Of a stretch of 64,000 nt of DNA, positions 25,001-36,755 are shown in pieces. The position numbers were made by a program, and so were the translations under genes. The notes beneath the pieces were generated by a model, which was not told where the DNA came from, made no database searches, and saw nothing but the letters and a program-made list of their open reading frames with translations. Each line of letters opens with the position of its first letter. Positions within the stretch are counted from its first letter, which is position 1. This DNA is from Macrostomum lignano (Eukaryota). The stretch is taken from assembly GCA_002269645.1 (NCBI GenBank), contig NIVC01000168.1, positions 661,297-725,296 on the forward strand, written 5' to 3'.

Positions 25001-26270
25001 CTCCTCTGAGGGGCCCTTGCATGCATAGCTATAGAATCTGCTAAGACCCAATCTGAGAGTTAAAAGTACAAAACTTATAATTTTTGTGGTTGGACACGTA
25101 GGCTATTGAATGTCAATGGATTCAGACGAAATGTCAAGTTTTACTCAAAGCTTTTACAGCTTACCGGTTAAAGTCGACGGATCCTTTGGCAATTGCGCCA
25201 CATGGCAGTTGAGCAAAGGTGATATACCTGAAGTAAAGGTAGGTACTGCTTAGCAGGAGCAGTCTTTTTTATAGCATTTAAATATAAATGCTTCTTGTTT
25301 CCGACAAAGTTTTTTAATACCACTTACATGTTTATCGCTGTGCCATTCCATGCTGTTCTTTCCATACCATGGTGACTCGGGTGCCATGGCAGAGGCAGAG
25401 TTGACCATTGATTTCAGCATGGCGAGTACATGCCAATTTAGTTTTATTGTACGTTTGCGGGGTGGCGTCAATAATAGACCAAAATAAATGTACACTTAAC
25501 TAGCAGGGGGGACTCTGGTAAATTGGAGCCATGTACACAGGGGGGGGTAGGGCTTAGTCCTAACATGTACGGGGTAAGTCCTAATATGAGTGGGCTTTTG
25601 TAAACGACACTCTAGCACACAGTTCCAACAATTTATAGAATATCGAATGCGCGCAGCAGTCAATAGCATGAGTCCTAACAAGAGTGGGCTGTTGTATTCA
25701 ACACTGCAACACTGTCCTAACAATTTAGTTCGTGTAGAGTACTGATGCCCATCACAGTCAGAAGTAAATTTAAGCCCTTGTCATTTCTTTAGGTTTATCT
25801 CCATCCAGAACCATCCTTTGACAATAAAATACCCTTAAAAGTGTTTTGCTATGCTTTGCTTTGTATGTATTTTAATGTATGCTATGTATTTACGTCTTGA
25901 AACAAAGACTGCAGCAAATGAATGCGCTTGAAATCTACTATTAGTAAAAATATGAGAAAAAACCAATAAAAATATGCTGGAGCAGATTAGCCATTTCAGT
26001 GTCCCAATAGTGATTTGGTCGAATTTTGTATCATTTTTCCTTATTGGGACGCAAGTTTTTGCTTATTTATTGACACAGCAAGTAAAATTATTAAAAATGA
26101 GTTGCACCATCAAAAAGAGGCTGTCGAGCTGAATCCATAGAGTATTTTTTTGAGCTGCTATTGTAACTTTTTTGGAAGTGTTGGACGGACTTGATGGGAC
26201 AGTCCCAACATTTTTTTGGCCCAACAGTGCGGGTCCCGTTGTACGCGTATGGCCCAACAAATGCCCCGTG
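22002..26270. mobile_element. Non-autonomous DNA transposon with CAC...GTG termini (CMC/Transib-like)
   Basis: Left end CACCGGGCACTTGTTGG versus reverse complement of right end CACGGGGCATTTGTTGG (15/17 match). CG flanks both ends. The element sits between two halves of one SINE. No intact transposase seen. Confidence 0.6.
22517..25080. repeat. About 662-bp tandem repeat, about 3.9 copies
   Basis: CCTGAGTTCGAAG recurs at 22561, 23223, 23887 and 24548. Confidence 0.95.
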
Positions 26271-26271
26271 C

Positions 26272-26272
<1 letters not shown>

Positions 26273-26320
<48 letters not shown>

Positions 26321-26487
26321 CAATTACCCCAGCTAATCCTGCTTCCCATTGTACAGCTCGGTGAACTGAAGCAATGCAGAGTTAATTGTCTTGCTCAAGG
26401 ACACAATTGTTCAGCGAGTGGGTCGAGAATCGAACCCCCGACCTTTCAGTCGTGAGTCCGACGCTCTGACCACTGGGCTGCAACCCC
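26273..26487 (-). mobile_element. 5' half of the split SINE, with a (CA)n tract and tRNA-like head
   Basis: AATTACCCCAGCTAAT...GTCTTGCTCAAGGACACAA...AATCGAACCCCCGACCTT matches 18100-18225. The minus-strand head is GGGGTTGCAGCCCAGTGGTCAGAGCGTCGGACTCACGA...GGTTCGATTC. Confidence 0.8.
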
Positions 26488-27914
26488 TACGCCTAAATGA
26501 GCATCAGAATTGCAAATGAATCAAGTGCTCGTCTTAGGTGTGCTCACAAGTTTGTCGAAGGTGGAAAAATTATTGCCGGAGATTCAGTTGAGTTTTCCAA
26601 ACGCATTGCATTCAGCGTGTGTGGCCGCTCCCCATGACGAAGGGCGGTACCCAACTGAATCCGCGCAGTTGTAGTCTTGCTCAACCCTACTTGTGGCTGC
26701 GAATGTGCACGAGAGCATGAACCCCCGACCGTCATGTGTGAGTCCTTTGCACAAGTCTTGACAATCAGCAAGGCGCTGGTAAAAATATATTGCCAGGCCA
26801 GAATAAAAAGCGTTTTCACAGCAACACATATGATTCACAGTCTTTGCTTGCTCACAAGTTCTGTCGCGCTAGCTGCCGGAGATTTTTGCATTGAGACAAA
26901 TTCGGTAGCTCCATATTACGCGAGTGCACCTTGAACTAGCCACGCACGCTGATGAGGGGGTTTTGCCATAGACAAATTCGGTAGCTCCATAAAGGTGCGA
27001 GTGCACCTTGAACGAAAGGCCACACTCATGAGAGCCAACCCCGCAAGGCACAGTGAACGATAATATAAAGTTAGGGCCGCTGTACACTCCTGTGTGAGTG
27101 TGTGCCTGCGTACGTATCCGCGCGCTTGTATGCCTGCTCAGGGGAGTCGGCGGAATGGGCAGTAATGCCTCTCGCCGGTTGTGTGCCAATGTCGCTTAAA
27201 GTGCGCCAGGGTGCACACAACCCCCCTGCCTCTAATAAAAAAACTCCGGGGGTTGATGTAGCCGATGGCCATAAAATGAATGAAAATCCAACAAAACCGC
27301 AAGAGATTTTGCAGCAAAATCAATCAGCTAGACAATCAGCATCTGCATGCATTATCATATATAATATATAATAATAATAACTACTAAGCAGGTCAGCCAC
27401 ATATAAAAGTGTATAGAAAAGTCGATGCCGTTAAATAATAAAGGCAAGTTAAATGATTACATATCATTTATAAATCAGTCTTTGTTCCGTGGTTAATACG
27501 TGCCGCTAATGATGGATTATGGAATTGGAAACTGCTACAGTGATGGAGAAGGCAAATTTGCTAGCATGGTAATCGAACTACGATATCCAAGTTAAAAAAA
27601 ATCAACTTCAATCAAATAAAATTATCGGTAAAAAATCACAAACATTTTATCACCTCCGTTTGAAAGACAGATGATCGGCTTCAGTCCTAGGGGGAGGGGG
27701 CGGTCTGTGAGAACCTGCGAGTTGCTGAGGAAGCGGAGCGGCTGGAAAATAAGCAGCCGACGCGAAAGGGCAAGAAGGAATTGCAGCTCAGAATCGGCGG
27801 CGTGTCTTAAAAAATTCTAAATGTTTAAATGGATTGAGCAGTGGAGTGTAACTAATTGATAGAGCTGACGGAATGACAAAACAATGTGCGCACCGTCTCC
27901 TAGGCAACCCCCTA

Positions 27915-28920
27915 TCTCAGTGTGCACCCGCTCCTGACCACCCCCCCCTATCCCAGTGCACCCGCTCCTGACCAACCCCGCCCCCTATCACAGTGTGCAT
28001 CCGCTCCTGACTAACCCCGCCCCCTATCCCAGTGCACCCGCTCCTGACCAACCCCGCCCCCTATCCCAGTGCACCCGCTCCTGACTAACCCCGCCCCCTA
28101 TCCCAGTGCACCCGCTCCTGACCAACCCCGCCCCCTATCACAGTGCACCCGCTCCTGACCAACCCCGCCCCCTATCACAGTGTGCACCCGCTCCTGACTA
28201 ACCCCGCCCCCTATCCCAGTGCACCCGCTCCTGACCAACCCCGCCCCTATCCCAGTGCACCCGCTCCTGACTAACCCGCCCCCTATCCCAGTGCACCCGC
28301 TCCTGACTAACCCCCCCCCCCTATCCAAGTGCACCCGCTCCTGACCAACCCCGCCCCCTATCCCAGTGCACCCGCTCCTGACCAACCCCGCCCCCTATCC
28401 CAGTGCACCCGCTCCTGACTAACCCACCCCCCTATCCCAGTACACCCGCTCCTGACTAACCCCGCCCCCTATCCCAGTGTGCACCCGCTCCTGACCAACC
28501 CCGCCCCCTATCCCAGTGTGCATCCGCTCCTGACCAACCCCTTCATCCCAGTGTGCACCCGCTCCTGACCAACCCCTTCATCCCAGTGTGCACCCGCTAC
28601 TGACCAACCCCTTCATCCCAGTGTGCACCCGCTCCTGACCAACCCCTTCATCCCAGTGTGCACCCGCTCCTGACCAACCCCTTCATCCCAGTGTGCACCC
28701 GCTCCTGACCAACCCCTTCATCCCAGTGTGCACCTGCTCCTGACCAACCCCTTCATCCCAGTGTGCACCCGCTACTGACCAACCCCTTCATCCCAGTGTG
28801 CACCCGCTCCTGACCAACCCCTTCATCCCAGTGTGCACCCGCTCCTGACCAACCCCTTCATCCCAGTGTGCACCCGCTCCTGACCAACCCCTTCATCCCA
28901 GTGTGCACCCGCTCCTGACC
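27915..28920. repeat. Bipartite C-rich minisatellite (about 36-39-bp units, then 35-bp units)
   Basis: Core GTGCACCCGCTCCTGACCAACCCC; the unit changes from ...GCCCCCTATCCCA to ...TTCATCCCAGT near 28530. Confidence 0.93.
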
Positions 28921-29389
28921 ACCGCCTATTTTATTACCTCGACAAAACTGGTTGGAAAACAAGAACAAAATGACCAATAGAAACACATGTAAAAGTTGCC
29001 TAACAATCAAAACAAATCAAAACTAACACAACAGACGACATATGCGCCTAAAAATTCTGGTTAAATCTGCTTATAAAAAGAATATAATAAAAAGGAATAT
29101 TTAATTTTTGTAAAAAGTTGAGTAAAAACTTCGTTGTAATCTAATGACACAATCTACACTTTTAATCAGAAAATTCCTATGTACACGGAACCGAATACAA
29201 AAGTACAAATATAAGAATAATCGGAACATTTCCGAGCAAGTATTGCGCTTTCTGAGTATTGCTTCTAGTTCGGTGCGAAAGGCTTAAAGTCCTCCGAATT
29301 CTTCAGTATTCGACAGGCAAAACTGCTTGGAGAGTCACCGTGGCATTTGTTGCCAAGGCTGATAAATGAGTCGCCAGTATGGAATCCGA

Positions 29390-29735
29390 CAGTTGCTAAG
29401 TAAATGGGATGGTTGCTAAGGTAATAGCGGGGTTTCTAAGGCGACATTGAGGTTGCTAAGGTCATCCTGTTGTTTCAAAGAAGAAAATGTGGTTACTAAG
29501 GTCATGGTGGTTGCTAAGGGGATAATGGTTGCTAAGGAGACGGTGGTTGCTAAGGGGATGATGGTTACTAAGGTTATTGTGGTTGCTAAAAAGACTATGG
29601 TTCCTAAGGAGATAGTGGTTGCTAAGGATAGGGTGGTTGCTAAGGGGATGTGGTTACCAAGGTTATGGTGGTTGCTAATGAAACAGTGGTTGCTAAGGGG
29701 ATGGCGGTTGCTAAGGAGATGGCGGTTGCTAAGCA
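29390..29735. repeat. Degenerate 18-bp repeat (GGTGGTTGCTAAGG core)
   Basis: GTTGCTAAG/GTTACTAAG recurs about every 18 bp. Confidence 0.85.
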
Positions 29736-29885
29736 GAATAAAACAGCCACAGTAGGGATGCAGGTGCCCGCATCAATAAAATCAATACTATCCCTACGTG
29801 ACCAAGCCGACCCACCTGCCTACTGAAGAATTCACACCTGACCGCCCCGACACCAAACCAGTTCAATGTAAAGCGAGACCAGAGC

Positions 29886-32800
29886 TCAGCCGGGCTCCGC
29901 AGCGTACTGCCCGCTGACCAGCCGGCGCCGGTCCATGGCCAGCCGGTAGGCGGCGCCCACGGCCGCAAACGAGCAGTCGGAGATGCAGCGGCCGTCAGCT
30001 TGGAAGCGCAGCCGCACCAGGCCGGGCGAGCTGGGGCCGGCGGTCAGGGAGAAGTTGGCCTGCAGCCGCACTGGCAGGCGGAGCTCCTCCCACTGCGCCG
30101 AGCTGCTGCCCGCCTGCCACCGGCCCGGCGGCTCCGAGCGCATTTCTGTGACACCCCCGGTGACCTCCGCCTGTTGGGACAGGTAGAGTCGGATGGGATC
30201 AAATTTAGGGTTCGGATCAGAGCCAGGATAGGATCATAGCTAGGATGGGATCAGAGCCAGGATAGGATCATAGCTAGGATGGGATCAGAGCCAGGATGGG
30301 ATCATAGCTAGGATGGGATCAGATCAGGATGGGATCAGATTAGGATGGGATCAGAGCCAGGATGGGATCAGATCAGGATGGGATCATAGCTAGGATGGGA
30401 TCAGAGCCAGGATGGGATCAGAGCCAGGATGGGATCAGATCAGGATGGGATTCAGGATGGGATCAGATCAGGATGGGATCAGAGCCAGGATGGGATCAGA
30501 GCCAGGATGGAATGAAAGCTTGAATGGCATTAAAGCTGCTCACGCTGATGGCCACAGTCTGGATGCTCAGCGGGCAGTTGGGCTGCAGTTCGGCTGTCAC
30601 GCGTAGCTCCGTGCTGTCCGGGCGGCAGCGCCAGACGGCGCCGAGCCTGACGGGCGCTTCGAAGCCGGCGGGCAGTGGCAGGTCGTAGGCCAGCAGTTCC
30701 AGGTTGAGAAACCGCGCACCCGGCTTCTCCCGGGCCAACCTGATCAGTTCGTCGGTCAGGGCGGCCGGGTCCGTCTCGAACCTCACCGAGCCGTCCGCCT
30801 GCGGCGCCTGCCTGCGGAGCGGCGGTGTGGGCTTCGGCGTCAGGGCAAAACCGGTTGGGTCTGGGGAGCTGGGTTGTGGGATGAGAGGTTGGCCTTAGCA
30901 ACTGAGAACCTGGGAGGTTGGCCTTAGCAACTGAGGACATGGGAGGTTGGCCTTAGCAACTGAGGACATGGGAGGTTGGCCTTAGCAACTGAGGACATGG
31001 GAGGTTGGTCTTAGCAACTGAGGATCTGGGAGGTTGGCCTTGGAAACTGAGGATCTGGGAGGTTGGCCTTGGCAACTGAGGATCTGGGAGGTTGGCCTTA
31101 GCAACTGAGGACCTGGGAGGTTGGCCTTAGCAACTGAAGATCTGGGAGGTTGGCCTTAGCAACTGAGGATCTGGGAGGTAGCAACTGGGGATCTGGGAGG
31201 CTGGCCCAGCAACTGAGGATCTGGGAGGCTGGCCCAGCAACTGAGGATCTGGGAGGCTGGCTCAGCAACTGAGGATCTGGGAGGTTGGCTCAGAATCTGA
31301 GGATCTGGGAGGCTGGCCTAGCAACTGAGGATCTGGGAGGCTGGCCTAGCAACTGGGGATCTGGAAGGCTGGCTCAGCAACTGAGGATCTGGGAGGTTGG
31401 CTCAGAATCTGAGGATCTGTGAGGCTGGCTCAGCAACTGAGGATCTGGGAGGCTGGCTCAGAATCTGAGGATCTGTGAGGCTGGCTCAGCAACTGAGGAT
31501 CTGGGAGGTTGGCTCAGAATCTGAGGATCTGGGAGGCTGGCCTAGCAACTGGGGATCTGGGAGGCTGACTCAGCAACTGAGGATCTGGGAGGTTGGCTCA
31601 GAATCTGAGGATCTGTGAGGCTGGCTCAGCAACTGAGGATCTGGGAGGTTGGCTCAGAATCTGAGGATCTGTGAGGCTGGCTCAGCAACTGAGGATCTGG
31701 GAGGCTGGCTCAGCAACTGAGGATCTGGGAGGTTGGCTCAGAATCTGAGGATCTGTGAGGCTGGCTCAGCAACTGAGGATCTGGGAGGCTGGCTCAGCAA
31801 CTGAGGATCTGGGAGGTTGGCTCAGCAACTGAGGATCTGGGAGGTTGGCTCAGAATCTGAGGATCTGTGAGGCTGGCTCAGCAACTGAGGATCTGGGAGG
31901 TTGGCTCAGAATCTGAGGATCTGTGAGGCTGGCTCAGCAACTGAGGATCTGGGAGGCTGGCTCAGCAACTGAGGATCTGTGAGGCTGGCCCAGCAACTGA
32001 GGATCTGTGAGGCTGGCTCAGCAACTGAGGATCTGGGAGGCTGGCCCAGCAACTGAGGATCTGGGAGGCTGGCCCAGCAACTGAGGATCTGTGAGGCTGG
32101 CCCAGCAACTGAGGATCTGGGAGGCTGGCTCAGCAACTGAGGATCTGGGAGGCTGGCCCAGCAACTGAGGATCTGGGAGGCTGGCCCAGCAACTGAGGAT
32201 CTGTGAGGCTGGCTCAGCAACTGAGGATCTGGGAGGCTGGCCCAGCAACTGAGGATCTGGGAGGCTGGCCCAGCAACTGAAGATCTGGCAGCCTCTCACT
32301 CCTTCACAAGCCGCTGCGCCCCCCTGGCGGGCCCCGGCAGGCCGGTGAGGCGAAACGCCAGCGCCGGCAGCTGCGATGGCGCCGTCGCCGAGCCGCGGCC
32401 GAGCGCCACAGAGGCCGGGAAAGACACCGTCAGGCTGCCCTGCGCTTTCAGCCGGCACGTCGATCCGCTGAGGCAGACGGCGTCTTCCGCCGACAGCGTC
32501 GAAGCCGAGGACGAGTCACCGTTGAGGTTGGAGCGGGCGGGCGACCAGCGGCAGTGCAGGCACTCGCTGATCAGGACGGCGAGCGGCACGGCAGAGGCTG
32601 CTTGAGAAGCCGCCCCAGCTGACGAAACCGCCGCCCAGTCTGGCGTCCCCGGTCGGCGGCCCGGCCGGCTGGACGGTCGCGGAGGCTGCGGCAGAGGCCC
32701 CATCGCGCTGGCAGGCCGCTGCCGTTGCGTCTGCGGCTGCGGCTGGGAGCTCGGACCGCTGCTGTCCCATTGAATGCTGGGCTGGAAGTCGTCCAGGGAC

Positions 32801-33049
32801 AGCAGGTCGCTGCCGCCGATGCCCCCGCATCCGCTGAGGCCCCCGCCAGCCTCTCCTCCGAGCGACAGCCTGCCGCGGCTGGGCGACGGCTGCAGAGCCG
32901 ATGACGACTGCGGCGGCGGCGACAGGACGAGCCGCGCCGAGGCGCTGAACAAATCGCTGGCGTTGGAGTCCGGGCGTTTCTGGTTGACAGGGTTGATGCG
33001 GACCTGCTGCGGGACATGATTGGGTCAGGCGGATGACAGACAGACAGAC

Positions 33050-33092
<43 letters not shown>

Positions 33093-33114
33093 GAGACAGA
33101 AAGAAAGACAGACC

Positions 33115-33211
<97 letters not shown>

Positions 33212-36200
33212 GGAGGACAGACAGACAGACAGAAGGACAGACAGACAGACAGAAGGACAGACAGACAGACAGACAGACCGACAGACTCACAATGCCGATC
33301 CCGCCAGCCGCCTGCTCCGTGTCCGAGTCGTCAGAGTCCGAGTCCGAGCTTTTCTCGCCGTTGCCGCTGAGCCCCCGGCGTCGCCGCCACTCCTCGTGGT
33401 CGCGCGCCTCGTCGCGTTCAATAAAGCCCTCAGCGTCAACCTTTGGCTCCGGGCTGGTCGGCGTTGTGGGAACGGCCGCCGGGGCGAGAGAGGCGCCTGA
33501 CGACTTCTCCTCTGCGGAATGTGGGGAATTTTATGCTCAAAAGCTTCGAATATGGGATTTCAGATAATAATAGGGGATTTCAAATATTAATATGGGATTT
33601 CACAGTCGAATAGTGGATTTTAGATTTCAAAATAGGGAAGTTCAGATTCAAATTGGGGAATTCAGATTCAAATCGGGGATTTCAGATTCAAATTGGGGAA
33701 TTCAGATTCAAATTGGGGAATTCAGATTCAAATCGGGGATTTCAGATTCAAATTGGGGAATTCAGATTCAAATTGGGGAATTCAGATTCAAATCGGGGAT
33801 TTCAGATTCAAATTGGGGATTTCAGATTCAAATTGGGGAATTCAGATTCAAATTGGGGAATTCAGATTCAAATCGGGGATTTCAGATTCAAATTGGGGAT
33901 TTCAGATTCAAATTGGGGATTTCAAACTCGAATAGGGGATTTCAAATTTGAAATAGGGAAAGAACTTCATATTCGAATAGATGATTTTACATTCGAATAA
34001 GGATTACACATCTCTAATCTCTAAGTGCTTTCAGGGAATTGTATAAATGCTTTCGTTGAAACCGAATCACAAATTCCAACCTTTTCCGGCCCGAGACAGC
34101 CGCCCGGGGATGAGGCTGGAGAAGATGTCCCGGACGCGGGTGCCGCCGCTGCCGCCCGAGCTGTCCGCCTGCTGCTGCAGCTGCTGACAGCCCGGAGTGG
34201 ACGGCGATGCCGGTGACAAAGCTGAGGAAGTGCCTGCAGATTTCTCCTCGAGAGACTGCTGGCTGTTCAGGCTGAACAGGTTGTTCAGTGACTGGTTGTC
34301 CGCGTTGGCTCCCGCGGCCGAGCCACCGAGGTCCATGAAGGCCGACAGGGACTCCTCAATCGGCTGGGGTACCTCGTCGCCGGTGCCGTTCCGCTGAACC
34401 CAGTCGGTCAGCAGGCGGTCAGCGGAGTTGTTCAGCATCTGCTCCTGGATGGGGGAGGGTGCTTGGGGTTTGAAGTACTTCCGACAAATCAGAAACCAGC
34501 TCACCAGTCTCACTCCGGACTACTGACCAATCAAAACTAGCTCATTAGTCTCCCTTCAAAGCACTGACCAATCAGAAACCAGCTCACCAGTCTCCCTCCG
34601 GTCTCTCCGGAGCACTGACCAATCAGAAACCTGTTCACCAGTCTCCCTCCGGAGTACTGACCAATCAGAAACCAGCTCAACAGTCTCTCTTCAAAGCACT
34701 GACCAATCAGAAACCAGCTCACCAGTCTCCCTCCGGAGTACTGACCAATCAGAAACCAGCTCACCAAGTCTTCATAAGGAGTACTAACCAATCAGAAACC
34801 AGCTCACCAGTCTCCCTCCGGAGTACTGACCAATCAGAAACCAGCTCACCAGTCTCCCTCCGGAGTACTGACCAATCAGAAACCAGCTCACCAGTCTCCC
34901 TCCGGAGTACTGACCAATCAGAAACCAGCTCACCAGTCTCCCTCCGGAGTACTGACCAATCAGAAACCAGCTCACCAGTCTCCCTCCGGAGTACTGACCA
35001 ATCAGAAACCAGCTCACCAGTCTCCCTCCGGAGACTGACCAATCAGAAACCAGCTCACCAGTCTCCCTCCGGAGTACTGACCAATCAGAAACCAGCTCAC
35101 CAGTCTCCCTCAGTACTGACCAATCAGAACCAGCTCACCAGTCTCCCTCCGGAGTACTGACCAATCAGAAACCAGCTCACCAGTCTCCCTCCAGAGCACT
35201 GACCAATCAGAAACCAGCTCACCAGTCTCCCTCCAGAGCACTGACCAATCAGAAACCAGCTCACCAGTCTCCCTCCAGAGCACTGACCAATCAGAAACCA
35301 GCTCACCAGTCTCCCTCCAGAGCATTGACCAATCAGAAACCAGCTCTTCAGTCTCCCTTCGGAGTACTGACCAATCAGAAACCAGCTCACCAGTGTCCCT
35401 CATACCTCGAGATTTTATTTTTTATACATTTTAAACTAAAAAAACAGGAAGTCAAACTACTAACAGTAGAAGCAACAAACCTGCAGCTGGCCTTTGGCTT
35501 CAACCAGGCGAGTCCCGGCAGAGGCGATGGGCTCCAGAAAACGGTCAACAAAGTCCAGCATCTTGGCGAGATGCTGAGTCTCCATCTCTTCGAAATAGGC
35601 GCAGGACTTCTTTGTATCCTTCAACAAAGGCGGACCTCACGCTGTTGTACTTCTCCACATTGAAGCCCAGCTCCTTCGCTGCCGACTCCAGCTTGGCCAC
35701 CGCCTTGCGCTTCTCCTTTTCAGAGGCCGCAGCGGCTGCCTCCGCCTGCTTGGCTTGGCAGGCCTGGCGCTTGGCCTGCACCTGTGCTGAGAATGTCTTG
35801 ATGGAGGCGCTGCTGGCCTGCGTCTTCTGGTGCTCGCTGTCCTGCTTTGGACTGTCAGACTGAGGGTCTAGCGGAATGGGCAGGACTGCCTCGGCTGGTT
35901 GTGGGACCATGTTGCCGAAGGCGCTGCGCCAGGGTGCCTGCAACCCTCCAGCGAATATATTTTTAGGGAGCCTTTGGAGACAGTAAAGGTTTGTGTGAGA
36001 ATTTGCGTTGCCAAATTGGATCCGAAATGTCGAAATGGAGGAGATAGCTGTTTTATTTGCATATTAAAAAATTAACTCGTCAGCAAGCTACCATAAAATA
36101 ATAGACGATTTATTGAAAAGTTTTCAAGTGGCAATGAGGTCATCAAGAATCTGTGCACCAATGCATCTCCTGCCCCTCTCCCCTCATGTGTAGAGCCCTT

Positions 36201-36755
36201 CACTTCACCAGGTCCAAGTTCAGTCACCTCGGGCCGGTTCTCTTTGAAGTTTTCAGGCCCGAGAGCATACCGCTGCTCGCCCAGTACCTCAGGGACACGG
36301 GACAAGCTGGTTACTTCCCCACTGCCAGTGAGGAGAACTTCACTGCAGACCAGACCGATGGATCCCCCTGAGCAGCATCCCTTCGATGGATTTTATTGGT
36401 CACCAGAGGCTATTGGAATGGGCAGTCCCCTCCAGTCTCCACGCTACATCCCGATGCACCTAAGTCAAGCAAGTTAAGCCTCATGCTGTCTGCGGGACAT
36501 TGTCACCAGACAGCAGGGCAACACACAGCTGGCACTTAAACCTACTTGTAACAACCAAAGTGTTTTAAATTAACTAAGAAAGAGTAAAACCTGTTAGGAA
36601 ATAATACAGAGTTAAGACACAATTTCTTGTACAAAAGCTTAATTATAGAGCAGCAGAGTTTAGTCTTACCTGTGCTTTTCACCCCAGAAACTGGCCAAGA
36701 ATGGCGACTGCTGCAGAGATGCTGGTGTTGGACTCAGTCCAGTTAAAGGAAACAT
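29886..36755 (-). CDS. FCHO: FCHO1/2-SGIP1 (muniscin) family F-BAR + mu-homology endocytic adaptor; 5' exons frameshifted
   Basis: Exon 1 36755-36670 (FLASFWGEKH, cf. YFVENFWGEKN). Degraded exons at about 35481-36340 (VEKYNSVRSAF, FEEMETQHL). Clean phase-consistent exons 34444-34081 (WVQRNGTG), 33511-33291 (VDAEGF), 33006/33003-32300 (VPLAV...CRLKAQGSLTVSFPAS), 30811-30544 (EKPGARFLNLELLAY...WRCRPDSTELR) and 30170-29886 (GGVTEM...RFQADG...AYRL...GQYAAEP, stop). All match recalled FCHO motifs. Confidence 0.85.
30190..30510. repeat. 16/17-bp minisatellite (AGGATGGGATCAGAGCC) in last FCHO intron
   Basis: Read directly. Confidence 0.92.
30880..32290. repeat. 28-bp minisatellite (CTGGCCCAGCAACTGAGGATCTGGGAGG) in FCHO intron
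   Basis: About 50 copies filling intron 30812-32299. Confidence 0.95.
33034..33286. repeat. (GACA)n microsatellite in FCHO intron
   Basis: Read directly. Confidence 0.96.
33570..33960. repeat. 20-bp minisatellite (TTCAGATTCAAATTGGGGAA) in FCHO intron
   Basis: Read directly. Confidence 0.94.
34487..35395. repeat. 42-bp minisatellite containing TGACCAATCAG in FCHO intron
   Basis: AGCTCACCAGTCTCCCTCCGGAGTACTGACCAATCAGAAACC, about 21 copies. Confidence 0.95.

Noticed and set aside
26420-26487. tRNA-like sequence (CAC anticodon-like loop)
   Set aside because: It is the Pol III head of a SINE and continues directly into the SINE body, so it is not a tRNA gene.
26544-27371. Cys-containing short ORFs with a local duplication of about 40 bp
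   Set aside because: No recognisable domain and no continuous frame.
31906-35403. Repeat ORFs such as PASQILSCWASLPD, IQIQIGEFRFK and LVSWFLIGQYSGG
   Set aside because: Intronic minisatellites of the FCHO gene.
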